Source: an uncultured Sphingomonas sp.
GTDB lineage: Bacteria; Pseudomonadota; Alphaproteobacteria; Sphingomonadales; Sphingomonadaceae
Assembly: GCF_913778135.1 (NCBI RefSeq)
Contig: NZ_CAJYVU010000046.1
Location: 3,928-67,927 of the forward strand
Direction of reading: 5' to 3'
DNA length: 64,000 bases
In this document: positions 11,915 to 21,269 of the stretch, piece by piece
Position numbering within the stretch: position 1 is the stretch's first letter
How the letters are laid out: each line of letters begins with the position of its first letter
Made by a program: the position numbers and the translations under genes
The notes under the pieces: model-generated
The model's input: the letters and a program-made list of their open reading frames with translations, nothing else
Told to the model about the DNA's origin: nothing
Databases searched by the model: none

Positions 11915-12055
11915 CGGTGGCAGAGCGCCCATATCATTGGTGTCGACCGGACTCGCCTCGCGCGGGTCCGGTTATTGTTGTACTCCCGGCGCTCCTTCCC
12001 TTTTGGCCGTTCTTCGGCTAAGGGCGCGCTCGTCCAATCCCGAAAGAGACACCGT

Positions 12056-12301
12056 TTGGCGAAAGAAGAACTCCTCGAAATGCGCGGCCAGGTGGTCGAG
12101 CTGCTGCCCAACGCGATGTTCCGCGTCCGGCTCGAGAATGATCACGAAATCCTCGGCCACACCGCGGGCAAGATGCGCAAGAACCGCATCCGCGTGCTCG
12201 TCGGCGACGAGGTGCTGGTCGAACTGACCCCATACGACCTGACCAAGGGTCGGATCACCTACCGCTTCATGCCCGGCCGCGGCGGCCCCGGCCCACAATA
12301 A
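12056..12301 (+). CDS. infA: Translation initiation factor IF-1
   Basis: (TTG)[23 protein letters not shown]...[32 protein letters not shown]. Confidence 0.97.
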   Translation: MAKEELLEMRGQVVELLPNAMFRVRLENDHEILGHTAGKMRKNRIRVLVGDEVLVELTPYDLTKGRITYRFMPGRGGPGPQ

Positions 12302-12333
12302 TCGCGCCGGGCGGCCTTCGCCCGTTTTCGCCG

Positions 12334-12900
12334 ATGCCACTCGTCCTAGCTTCCTCTTCGCCGCGCCGGCGCGACCTGCTCGCGCGCCTCGGTGCCGCGC
12401 CCGACCGGGTCGCCGCGCCCGAGATCGACGAAACGCCGCTCAAGGGCGAGCTGCCCCGCGCCTATGCTTTGCGCCTCGCCGTCGAAAAGGCACGCGCCGT
12501 TGCCCGCGCGGATGGTGAGGTCGTGCTCGCCGGCGACACCACGATCGCGCTCGGCCGACGCATCCTGCCGCCTGCCACGACCGAGGAGGTCCAGCACGAC
12601 CTGCTCTCCGCACTGTCGGGTCGCCGCCACCACGCGCTGTCCGCCGTCTGCGTCATCGACGCGAGCGGCACCGAGCGCACGCGGCTCGCCGACACGATCG
12701 TCGCGTTCAAGCCGCTGACCGCGCGCGAGATCGATGCTTACATCGCGTGCGGCGAGGGGCTCGGCAAAGCGGGCGGCTACGCGATCCAGGGTCGTGCCGA
12801 GGGCTGGGTCCGCTTTCTCTCGGGCAGCCACTCGGGCGTGATCGGCCTGCCCCTGTTCGAGACGCGCGCGCTGCTCGTCACCGCCGGCATCCTTGCCTGA
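12334..12900 (+). CDS. maf: Maf family nucleotide pyrophosphatase
   Basis: LASSSPRRRDLL, IDETP, GDTTI, KAGGYAIQG, GVIGLPL. Confidence 0.93.
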   Translation: MPLVLASSSPRRRDLLARLGAAPDRVAAPEIDETPLKGELPRAYALRLAVEKARAVARADGEVVLAGDTTIALGRRILPPATTEEVQHDLLSALSGRRHHALSAVCVIDASGTERTRLADTIVAFKPLTAREIDAYIACGEGLGKAGGYAIQGRAEGWVRFLSGSHSGVIGLPLFETRALLVTAGILA

Positions 12901-13825
12901 CGCCTGCTGGCTCTACGAGGACGGCATCGGCGAGGCGCGCGCCGCGCTGGTCCACGGCAACCGTATCCTTGCCGCGAGGATCGAACTGCCCGGCCGGCTG
13001 CGCGTCGGCACCGTCGCACCTGCACGGCTGACCGAGTTCCAGCTCGCCACGCTAGATATGGGCGAGCAGGTGATGCTCGACCGCCGCCCAACCGGCGTGA
13101 CGCTCGGTTCCGCGATCACGGTCGAGGTGGTGCGTGAGGCGATCCCCGAACCCGGCCGCGCCAAGCGCGCGCGCGGGCGGGTGAGCGAGCTGCCGATAAC
13201 GACCGGCCCCGATCTGCTCGCCCGCATCACCGCGACCGGGGCGCCGGTCCGGACCTTGCGCGCGCACGAGCCCGACCTGCTCGAACAGGTCGGCTGGTCG
13301 GAGGTGCTCGACGAGGCGCTGTCCGGCGAGATCGCGTTTGCGGGCGGCGCGCTGCGGATGTCGCCGACGCCGGCGATGACGCTGTTCGATGTCGACGGCG
13401 ACGGTCCGCTCGACGTACTCGCCGAGCGCGCAGCGGTGGCGGTGGCGCTCGCGATCCGACGGCACGGCATCGGCGGCTCGATTGGCGTCGACTTTCCCAG
13501 CATTACCGGAAAGGCCACGCGGCAGGCGGTTGCGGCCGCGATCGACGCGCACCTGGCGCCCCCGTTCGAGCGCACCGCGGTCAACGGCTTCGGCTTTCTG
13601 CAGATCGTCCGCCCGCGCCCCCGCGCCTCGCTGCCCGAATTGCTGCGCGACGACCTCGCCGCCGCCGCGACGCGCGCTGCGCTGCGCCAGATCGAGCGCG
13701 TTCCTGCGACCGCGCCCAATCGCCATCGCCTCTCCGCACCCGTCGGCGCCTGCCTCGACGCGCATCCGCACTGGCTCGACGAGCTGGTGCGCCGCACCGG
13801 CCGCACGCCTATATTCGACGCATGA
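12893..13825 (+). CDS. Short RNase E/G-like protein
   Basis: TPAMTLFDVDG, IGGSIGVDF, NGFGFLQIVRPR; infA-maf-rng-yacG synteny. Confidence 0.8.
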   Translation: MPDACWLYEDGIGEARAALVHGNRILAARIELPGRLRVGTVAPARLTEFQLATLDMGEQVMLDRRPTGVTLGSAITVEVVREAIPEPGRAKRARGRVSELPITTGPDLLARITATGAPVRTLRAHEPDLLEQVGWSEVLDEALSGEIAFAGGALRMSPTPAMTLFDVDGDGPLDVLAERAAVAVALAIRRHGIGGSIGVDFPSITGKATRQAVAAAIDAHLAPPFERTAVNGFGFLQIVRPRPRASLPELLRDDLAAAATRAALRQIERVPATAPNRHRLSAPVGACLDAHPHWLDELVRRTGRTPIFDA

Positions 13826-13995
13826 CGACCGCCCGCTGCCCGATATGCACCGCACCTACGCTGCCCGAACACGCGCCCTTCTGCAGCCGCGGGTGCAAGG
13901 ACCGCGACCTGCTACAATGGCTGGGCGAGGGTTATCGCATCCCCGGCCCCGCCGTCGACGAAGAAGCGCTGGACAGCCCCCGCAACCCCGATTAA
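13822..13995 (+). CDS. yacG: DNA gyrase inhibitor YacG (57 aa, absent from ORF track)
   Basis: Manual translation MTTARCPICTAPTLPEHAPFCSRGCKDRDLLQWLGEGYRIPG; zinc finger CPIC...PFCSxxC. Confidence 0.93.
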   Translation: MTTARCPICTAPTLPEHAPFCSRGCKDRDLLQWLGEGYRIPGPAVDEEALDSPRNPD

Positions 13996-14026
13996 GGACG
14001 CCGCTCACCGCTGCTCAGCGGTACAT

Positions 14027-14102
14027 GCCCAGGTAGCTCAGTTGGTAGAGCATGCGACTGAAAATCGCAGTGTCGGCGGTTCGATCCCGTCCCTGGGCAC
14101 CA
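14027..14102 (+). tRNA. tRNA-Phe(GAA)
   Basis: 76 nt, GCCCAGG/CCTGGGC acceptor stem, anticodon arm TGCGA-CTGAAAA-TCGCA (GAA at 14060-14062), GGTTCGATCC T loop, encoded CCA. Confidence 0.98.
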
Positions 14103-14104
14103 TC

Positions 14105-14109
14105 AGATG
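14105..14109 (+). repeat. Left copy of 5-bp target site duplication AGATG
   Basis: Identical to 44646-44650; both copies directly abut the inverted repeats. Confidence 0.88.
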
Positions 14110-14148
14110 TAATCGGACCCGCCAAGACCTAAGCTCTGACCCGCTAAC
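14110..14148 (+). repeat. Left transposon end: terminal IR plus second transposase-site-like motif
   Basis: TAATCGGACCCGCCAAGAC (14110-14128); ACCCGCTAAC at 14139-14148. Confidence 0.85.
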
Positions 14149-14648
14149 GTGTTCGCAGGCACCATTTAGAGGCCTGTAGCTGTGACGTTGAGAAGTCAGC
14201 GGCGCATATTCGACCTAAATTGTTCGAAGAATTCCAGTCATCGCCCTCTTCTTGGCTGAAGCTCAAGAAGCGTCATGCGGATCACCATTTTCGGCCGTTC
14301 AGAGCCAGTTTACCCCTCTCCAACTCCGGCCCTTCGTTCACCTCGGCCGAGCGGCGGATTTGGCGCTTTCGTCGAACCGGCTGAACGGCATCGGCGGTAG
14401 ATCTCCGCCCTTCTGAAACTAATGCCCCTATACGGCGTCAGCCGGTCTCCGACGCATCGCGCCGCTTGACGGATCAAACCGTGATTGTGTCGAAGGGGCA
14501 TGAACGATAGCGCAGCGCGAGCGTGACCGGCAGCGAACTAGCCTACCTTGATACTGGGTTAGGTCGAGCGGGTAGCGGCAGGCGGACTGGGAATCGACTC
14601 TCGCGCGCGGCAGCCGCTATCAAAACGGCTAGTCCTCGAAAGGCAATC

Positions 14649-17177
14649 ATGCCCAAACTTCCTCGCGCCTTCCTATCTCACCACTCGGCTGACAAGAAGA
14701 TTGTCGGCGAAGTCGCAAGGTCGCTCGGCCGCGCCGCAGTGATTTATGACGCCTTCGAATTTGACGCTGGTGATGACTTCAGGGAGGCTATTCTCGCTAG
14801 CCTCTCTCGTTCGGACATCTTCGTCCTTTTCGCTAGTCGTGGCGCACTGACACGCGACTGGGTCAGATTTGAGATTGCCACCGCGAAGGAGGCGATGACG
14901 CGCAAGGCCCTCAGCAGGGTAGTTACCTTTATAATAGATCCAGCCCTCGACCTTGACGATCTACCCAATTGGATGAAGCAGACGCTCATCGTCCGTCAAG
15001 ACAACGCCGGCCTGATCGCGATCGAGATCAGGCGCATGATTGGCCAACGTCTCGCGGAAAGAATACCGTCCTACTTTGTCGGACGACGTGCCGAGATTGA
15101 GGAGGCCCTTGACGTCATTTCGAGTTTTACCGATCCCGACCAGCGTCCGCCTCTGCTAGTATACGGTCTTAAGGGAATTGGTCGGCGGACCCTCGTCCAA
15201 GCGGTAGCAAGGGACAATCTCTCCTATTCGACCACGTTGCCGGTCCCGCTCGGAGCCGGCGATCTGATGCCGGAGACGTTCGTTCGGCTCTCGGACGCCC
15301 TGTCGCCAGGCGGAGTCGCCGACTACGCTGTCCTCTTGGCCGAGCAGCAGGCCAAGGCGCCCGACACTCTCAGGGCTGACGTGCTTGAACTCATGAGCGT
15401 CGCATGCGACGCAGGAACGCTGCCGGTCATCGTCGACAACGGCGCCTTGGCTCAGCAGAACGGCGTGCTCCGACCGGAGTTCGAGGCGCTCTACCATGCG
15501 ATCGCGGCAGATCGCATGATTGACGCGGTCTTTATTGCGAGCCGACGCCTGTACGGGGCCGGGGGAGCGAGCCTGCCCTCGCTGCGCGTTCCTGAACTTG
15601 ACCAGGCATCTACCCAAAACTTACTGCGGGTCGCGGGCCGAGACATGGGGCTGGTCTTCGCAAGATCCGAACTCAGCTCACTGGCGACGTACTCTAGGGG
15701 CTACCCGCCCGCCGTACGCTTCGCGCTGGACGAAGCGCGGACCAGAGGCGTGCCGCAGGTCGTGGCAAATCAACGCGCGTTGGTAAACTTCAGCGCCGAG
15801 CTCTTTCTTCGACAGCTGAAAGAGAACAGCGCAATTACGCCCGCAATGGTCACAATGCTGAGGCTGCTATCGGCCTTCAGCCCTTTGCCACTCGGCGTCT
15901 TAGCGGATTACGGCGGAATTGCTGATGCCGAAGCCAACGCAGCAATGGACCAGCTCATTGATCTCGCCTTCGTGTTACCGGATGGGCTGAACTTCCGCAT
16001 TACCGAGCCGCTTCGCGATGCCGCCTACCGTGCCTTCGACGGCTTAAGGGTGGATTCCTCACGCCTCGCCGACCTGCTGGACGCATATCTGCGAGAAGAG
16101 GCCGGCGACGACGCACGGTTGAGCCTCGGGCAGACGATCTTCCGAGCCAGCCTGCTCGCGGGAACGCCGGCGCTGTCCCCGTTCGCGGTCGGTTTCGCGG
16201 CAGATCTGATCCAAGTGGCCACCCGCAGCTACCACGACCAAGACTACGATCTTGCGATACGCTACGGAGCGGCGGCGTTGGAGGCCCGGCCCGACAACGT
16301 CGACGTGCGCCGCTACGTTGCGCAGGCTTTCATCAGACGAGATAAGTTCGACGATGCGGACGCTCATATCGACGAGCTGATCAGGCAAGGTGAGCTGAAG
16401 GAGGCTTTCTATATTCGAGGCTTCGCGGCCCGCCGCAGAAGGGAGTACGGTGCAGCGGTCGAAGCGTATGAGAAGAGCCTCGCGTATGGCCGCGGGGGCG
16501 TTGCCGTTCATCGCGAACTCGCCAGCAGCTATTTCGAGCTAGGAGATCTCGCCAAAGCCGAGCATCATATCACACAAGCCGAGGAGAAGTCGCCGCACAA
16601 CCGCTACGTCGTTGACCTGCGCTGTACTATAGCGCTGCGCCACGGAGACTTGGAAACCGCAGCCAGAACTTTGGATGTCCTCGAACGAGTAGATCCGAGC
16701 GGCTTCGCCGACCACCGCCGTTCAACTTTCGAGCAGGCGCGTGGCAATCCAGGGGCGGCGCTGCGATACGCCGAAACGGCAAACCGCACCATACCGCATC
16801 CGCCATTCGAAGTCATGGCTAACCTGGCAAACTGTGAAATTGAGGCGGACCGTGCCGAGGCCGCACTCTCGACGCTGACCTTATTGTCTAAGCGCTTCGG
16901 AGGAGCCAACCATGACGCCCAAGTCGGCTTGCGATGCAAATACGAAATTCGGTTCGGCAGCCTCGACGCTGCAGAGGGCCTATGGACGACGCTCCGCGAT
17001 CGTGGCACGCCGGTTCACACAGGTCTCCGCCTATCGATCCTGAACCGCAAGGGAGCAGAAGTCGGACTCGACGCGGCCGACGAGAAAGAGCGGCAAGGCT
17101 TGGCGGAGCGACAGTCGGCCCTGGAGGCGGAGCGCAATCAGCGCATGCTGGGCTCGATCTTCTCGCGCTCAGAATAG
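14649..17177 (+). CDS. TIR-STAND/NB-ARC-like-TPR protein (NLR-like)
   Basis: N-terminal TIR (AFLSHHSADK...DWVRFEI), FVGRRAEI followed by LLVYGLKGIGRRT P-loop-like motif, GYPPAV, C-terminal TPR-like helices. Confidence 0.8.
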   Translation: MPKLPRAFLSHHSADKKIVGEVARSLGRAAVIYDAFEFDAGDDFREAILASLSRSDIFVLFASRGALTRDWVRFEIATAKEAMTRKALSRVVTFIIDPALDLDDLPNWMKQTLIVRQDNAGLIAIEIRRMIGQRLAERIPSYFVGRRAEIEEALDVISSFTDPDQRPPLLVYGLKGIGRRTLVQAVARDNLSYSTTLPVPLGAGDLMPETFVRLSDALSPGGVADYAVLLAEQQAKAPDTLRADVLELMSVACDAGTLPVIVDNGALAQQNGVLRPEFEALYHAIAADRMIDAVFIASRRLYGAGGASLPSLRVPELDQASTQNLLRVAGRDMGLVFARSELSSLATYSRGYPPAVRFALDEARTRGVPQVVANQRALVNFSAELFLRQLKENSAITPAMVTMLRLLSAFSPLPLGVLADYGGIADAEANAAMDQLIDLAFVLPDGLNFRITEPLRDAAYRAFDGLRVDSSRLADLLDAYLREEAGDDARLSLGQTIFRASLLAGTPALSPFAVGFAADLIQVATRSYHDQDYDLAIRYGAAALEARPDNVDVRRYVAQAFIRRDKFDDADAHIDELIRQGELKEAFYIRGFAARRRREYGAAVEAYEKSLAYGRGGVAVHRELASSYFELGDLAKAEHHITQAEEKSPHNRYVVDLRCTIALRHGDLETAARTLDVLERVDPSGFADHRRSTFEQARGNPGAALRYAETANRTIPHPPFEVMANLANCEIEADRAEAALSTLTLLSKRFGGANHDAQVGLRCKYEIRFGSLDAAEGLWTTLRDRGTPVHTGLRLSILNRKGAEVGLDAADEKERQGLAERQSALEAERNQRMLGSIFSRSE

Positions 17178-17357
17178 TTATACCGGCGGGTCAGCCGGCC
17201 TAATGCCGTGGCTCCGCCGCCATTACCGGTTGCGAAAAAGCGGCATGGTCGAGGGCGGGCAGCCCTCGCTTCGACGACCCACACGACGCGCCCTGACCCA
17301 CGAAGTGACATTTTCGCGTCGGGCCTAGCCGCGCACGGTACACAGCGGGCAGACCGC

Positions 17358-17792
17358 TTAGTCGGCCGCTTCATCGATCCACTTCTTCAACATCGCGTGA
17401 TCGACGTAGCTGCGCACGGGGGCCTGAGAATTGACGATGGCTTGAGGCGTCGCACCGACCGGATCAGTCATGCCCGTTTTGTCCTTGAGATGGTTGATGC
17501 GAAGCGCGACAATCCCGTTCCCGCGCGCGATCGACTGCTCGATCTCATAATCGATGTACTTGCGACCCGCTGATTTTGCGCCGATGCACACGACTGTCAC
17601 CGACGTGTTCGCCAAGCCGTTGTCGATGAGCGCTTTAATGGCCTTGTCACCCTTGGTCTTGGCGTCTTCCCACAGTGAGGCGTCGTGGAAGCCCGCCGCC
17701 GCGACGCCGACAATCTCGCCGATGTTGCGGATCTGGTTCACGCGCCAGATGTCGCGATCGTAGTGGAAGCTAAAGAAGACCCGGCGCGCCAC
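17358..17792 (-). CDS. ThsB-like TIR protein (DUF1863/MTH538 type)
   Basis: (GTG)ARRVFFSFHYDRDIWRVNQIRN...TSVTVVCIG...YIDYEIEQS..RGNGIVAL. Confidence 0.88.
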   Translation of the reverse strand: MARRVFFSFHYDRDIWRVNQIRNIGEIVGVAAAGFHDASLWEDAKTKGDKAIKALIDNGLANTSVTVVCIGAKSAGRKYIDYEIEQSIARGNGIVALRINHLKDKTGMTDPVGATPQAIVNSQAPVRSYVDHAMLKKWIDEAAD

Positions 17793-17879
17793 GACTTTAC
17801 TCCAAAGCCAAATCGGACGCATAGCGCGCGTCGATCCCCACGTGCAACGTCCGCAACCGCGAGATCATCGACGTTGCAA

Positions 17880-18365
17880 TCAGGGATGAGCGATCCGCGC
17901 CAGCCTGCATCGAACCCTTTCGACCAGATCTTCCACCGACGACGCCCGCTCGATGCCGTAGCGCTCAGCCGTGATGTCGATGTTACCCTTGCGAAAGTAG
18001 TCGGGCGCGCAGAACACGATCAGCCTTCCTCCGCGGGCGTGTAATCCTAATTCGAGAAGGCTGATAGGACTCTTGGAGCCTGACGCGAAATGCAGCACGA
18101 CAATGTCGGCCACCTCCAGGGCCTCAAGTTCCCACTTGACCTGCTCTCTGAAGTGCGGCTCGTCGGCGACAGGCAGCCAGTCAGCGCTCCAGTCCGCCCG
18201 GCGCGGGTTCACGATCGCCGCGCGCTCGCCGGACAGCAATTCTATGGCCTGCGCCTGCCAATCTTCGGAGTCGCCCATGTCAATGGTGCCGCCTAAGTAA
18301 ACCATCGGCCATCGGTTCGCGTTGGCGAGAGGCTGTGGAGCGGTGATCACGCGGGCGACGGTCAA
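17880..18365 (-). CDS. Nucleoside 2-deoxyribosyltransferase-like protein
   Basis: VYLGGTI, NPRR, QVKWELEALEVAD, SPISLLELG, FRKGNIDI; TTGA overlap with patatin stop. Confidence 0.8.
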   Translation of the reverse strand: MTVARVITAPQPLANANRWPMVYLGGTIDMGDSEDWQAQAIELLSGERAAIVNPRRADWSADWLPVADEPHFREQVKWELEALEVADIVVLHFASGSKSPISLLELGLHARGGRLIVFCAPDYFRKGNIDITAERYGIERASSVEDLVERVRCRLARIAHP

Positions 18366-21100
18366 GCTGGTTCTCCGATCGCTTTCGGTGCAACGATGCC
18401 ATCCCCGGTCACCGACGTGGCCGCGTCAAGAGGCTCAAGCAAGCTCTTTCCCATTGCCGCGAACCAATGTCCGATGTCTACATCCTGGTCTGTCGGGAAC
18501 GCCCCAACGATGCTCTGGAGGAAGAGCTTCTCCCCAACGTGCTGCCCGAGGCTCCGATAGGCCTCAAAGCGGGCCTCGCTAAAGTTCTGATCCGCCGTCG
18601 GATGATGGGGAAAGGCGGGCTCATCGAGCCTAAACCGGCGCAGGAACTCCCCTTCGTTACCGGTGAGGGACAGCTTGAGGTAGAGCATGTAGCCGACCGC
18701 TCCGTCGCGATAGCGGATGCGGCAGAACTGGAAGTGTGAGCGGCTGAGTCCGTCTCCATTACGCCTCAGTTCATCCAGATTGATCTCGATACGCACGCCC
18801 AAGTCGATCGAGGCGAGCCGCTGCAGGTTAGCAATGGCATGAAAGGTCATGTCTTGGTCCTGCTCGCCATCGATCACAACCACGAACTTGCAGCGTCGCC
18901 TCAGCAGCTCGTAGACTCCGAGATTTTCAATATGGCCGCCGTCGGAGAGGTTAAGGAAAGCGGCACGCTCGTCCATCCGACCGGTGAGTTCGCGAAGCAG
19001 GTAACTGAGGCCTGGTAAGCCTTGCGGGCTCGATTTTTCGACCGCGGGATTTCTTAGCCAGTATCCCAGCCTGACGTTCAGCAGCGAAAGCCAAAAGCTG
19101 AACTGCCCCCGATTGTGTAGACCCATGCGGGGCGAGATCGCTGCACCGGAGATCGCCATCGCTGTGGCGATCGTCAGGTCAGGCTCCAGGCACTCCCATT
19201 CCGTCGTCCGGTGATAGCCGCTGATCGGACTGCCACAGTGGTGTGGTGTGAACGAGAAAAAGTCGGTGAGGCGCCCTCGCATCGCTGGTGCGTCGGAACT
19301 CGGCACGTTGAGCGCCGCGTTGAAGATGGGATAGGGGCCGAGACGACCTTCAGCGAGCGAACTGAGCTTGCGGTCGTCGTCGGTGACCACCGCTCCCGGC
19401 TTGGCGTCAGCTACGAGAAACGCTTCCGCCAGCTTGCGCCGATAGTGCCGGTGCAAGCCAGTGACGTTGAGGTTTAAGAAAAAGTGATAGTAGCCTGCGA
19501 TACCAAGCGCGGCGACGGCGAACCAGAGGCCGTATTGCTCATGATCGATAAAAAATGCGGTCGACGCCAGCGTCACGATTGTCACGAACAGCGGGGCGGA
19601 GGAGCGCGCCAACCAGCGCCCGACGATCGGCGCCCTGGTCAGGGTCCGTTCCAGAACGATGCCGACGACCAGCAGGCCGAGCGGAGCGATGCAAACGTAG
19701 AGCAGTTGCAAGGGGTCGTCACCCATCGCGAGAGCCATCCACGCGGCGGATTCCCGCATGCCGATCGCGGCCAGCGCCACGGCCAGAACCACCGCGCACA
19801 TAGCCGTTGCTTGGTCGGCAAACTTCACCCCCTCTCGCCCCTGCCGCCACGCCAACGGCGCTCCGATCATAGCCAAGGAGAGAGCTCCAAGCGAAACGAC
19901 GGCAATCCAGTTGGTAAAGAAGGAAGGTATGAGGATAACGAATAGAGCCGAGAAAAGGCACAGGACCGCAGACAGCGCGAGGAGGTTGTTCAGCAGGCCG
20001 CTCGTCTGCGCGAAGACCGTGGACCATATCTTAGACAAGGGTCCTGACGCTAGATAGCGGCTGTTCTGACGGATGTGACCCGTGGCTGCGGCATCGCGGT
20101 GCGTTTCCCCGAACGGCCTGTCGCCACGCTCTAGTCCGATCGGCCGTGCCGCCTCGATCGCGCCGTCACCGGCCCCGACGTCACCAGCGGGCCCGCTCGT
20201 TCGATCGACATCTGTCGTCTCACCGGCAGCCAGGTAGTTCGTCAGAAATGCCCCGAGATAGCCGCCGCCGCTGACCGTCGAGAGGTAGTCGAACTGCTTG
20301 AGCAGGCCGCGTTTAGCGAACACGGTCAGCACGCCGAGGGCGAAAGTGGCCGACCGAATGCCGCCGCCAGAAAGCGCCAGCCCGGTCGCCCGCTCAGCCG
20401 TTAGCTCAATGCCGTAGCGCAGCCGCCGTCGATTGACCGCCTCCCGCTCAACCGACGCGATTTCGTCAAAGGAGATGCCCTTTACGCCATCGAGATCGTT
20501 CGGATCGCCCTTGTCTAGACCCCAACACAGCGCCACTCCCATCTCCAGATCTACGGCGGCCGCCTCCGCCTGCGGCAGCCGCCCAGGATCCTTCTCGCCC
20601 GCCAGCCTAAGGAGCATGAGATCCAGAGTTCGCAGGGTCTCCTGCAAGGCGGCTAGCTGCAGCCGGAAGTCGTCCGTGTCGTCGAGCGCGGCTAGGCGCC
20701 CCGCGCGATTGCGACGGTGCCAGCGCGAGGTGAATGGGCGAACGTGGTGGTTAAGCACGAACCACGTGACCGTCTCGAAGATTCGCCCCGTCGCGTTCTC
20801 CCGACAGATCACACGCGTCCGTTCGAACAATGCGTGCACGCTCTCAAGCGCAGACACCTCGTCGCCGCTCGAATAGCCGATCTCCTGAGTCGCGACACGC
20901 GACGTCAACTCCAGATGCAGCAGCGAAGCGGCCCTGACATCGGTCTCGCTGGGAGCCCACGCGCGGTGGCCGTGCGCCTCCAGGAACGCGTTCGTTAGGA
21001 CGGGCGTCGCGCCGACGTCCAACGCCCTCAGCTGGTCCTCCCAAGTCGTTTCGCTCACCGACCCCGTCCCATTGCTCGCTACGTCATCCCTGGAAGGCAT
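18362..21100 (-). CDS. Membrane patatin/cPLA2-like phospholipase with unknown N-terminal helical domain
   Basis: GLALSGGGIRSA, YLSTVSGGGY (Ser), LSDGGHIENLG (Asp); central hydrophobic segments; start set at ATG 21100. Confidence 0.85.
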   Translation of the reverse strand: MPSRDDVASNGTGSVSETTWEDQLRALDVGATPVLTNAFLEAHGHRAWAPSETDVRAASLLHLELTSRVATQEIGYSSGDEVSALESVHALFERTRVICRENATGRIFETVTWFVLNHHVRPFTSRWHRRNRAGRLAALDDTDDFRLQLAALQETLRTLDLMLLRLAGEKDPGRLPQAEAAAVDLEMGVALCWGLDKGDPNDLDGVKGISFDEIASVEREAVNRRRLRYGIELTAERATGLALSGGGIRSATFALGVLTVFAKRGLLKQFDYLSTVSGGGYLGAFLTNYLAAGETTDVDRTSGPAGDVGAGDGAIEAARPIGLERGDRPFGETHRDAAATGHIRQNSRYLASGPLSKIWSTVFAQTSGLLNNLLALSAVLCLFSALFVILIPSFFTNWIAVVSLGALSLAMIGAPLAWRQGREGVKFADQATAMCAVVLAVALAAIGMRESAAWMALAMGDDPLQLLYVCIAPLGLLVVGIVLERTLTRAPIVGRWLARSSAPLFVTIVTLASTAFFIDHEQYGLWFAVAALGIAGYYHFFLNLNVTGLHRHYRRKLAEAFLVADAKPGAVVTDDDRKLSSLAEGRLGPYPIFNAALNVPSSDAPAMRGRLTDFFSFTPHHCGSPISGYHRTTEWECLEPDLTIATAMAISGAAISPRMGLHNRGQFSFWLSLLNVRLGYWLRNPAVEKSSPQGLPGLSYLLRELTGRMDERAAFLNLSDGGHIENLGVYELLRRRCKFVVVIDGEQDQDMTFHAIANLQRLASIDLGVRIEINLDELRRNGDGLSRSHFQFCRIRYRDGAVGYMLYLKLSLTGNEGEFLRRFRLDEPAFPHHPTADQNFSEARFEAYRSLGQHVGEKLFLQSIVGAFPTDQDVDIGHWFAAMGKSLLEPLDAATSVTGDGIVAPKAIGEPA

Positions 21101-21196
21101 CGGCCCACCAGGCGCCTGCACGTTAGACACCGCGGCGCTCGCGTCAAAGAACGACCTGTCGCGGAGAAGGGTTGAGTTTGGTCGCGCAAGGTGGGA

Positions 21197-21211
21197 GAAC
21201 GTTGATGGAAC
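21197..21211. promoter_or_regulatory. Alphaproteobacterial LexA (SOS) box
   Basis: GAAC-GTTGATG-GAAC; reverse strand reads TTTGTTC-N7-GTTCT; lies in the divergent intergenic region. Confidence 0.75.
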
Positions 21212-21269
21212 AAATTCCCGTGTCTGAACGCCGGTGCAGCTCGGGTGGAAAAGCGAGGATGACTTTCCG

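Noticed and set aside
14097-14101. GCACC shared by the tRNA 3' end and 44650-44654 as an attL/attR core
   Set aside because: Only 5 bp, not symmetric with the IRs, and no integrase in the element
14103-14112. Canonical TGT left end at 14108
   Set aside because: The right end would read AAG, not ACA, and the flanks (TCAGA versus ATGCA) would not match; the TA-end model gives a perfect TSD
14248-14270. CTTCTTG-N9-CAAGAAG hairpin inside the left end
   Set aside because: Short, no U tract, and no evidence of function
14523-14648. 42-aa N-terminal extension of the TIR-STAND ORF
   Set aside because: Low-complexity and precedes the TIR start; ATG 14649 is the more plausible start
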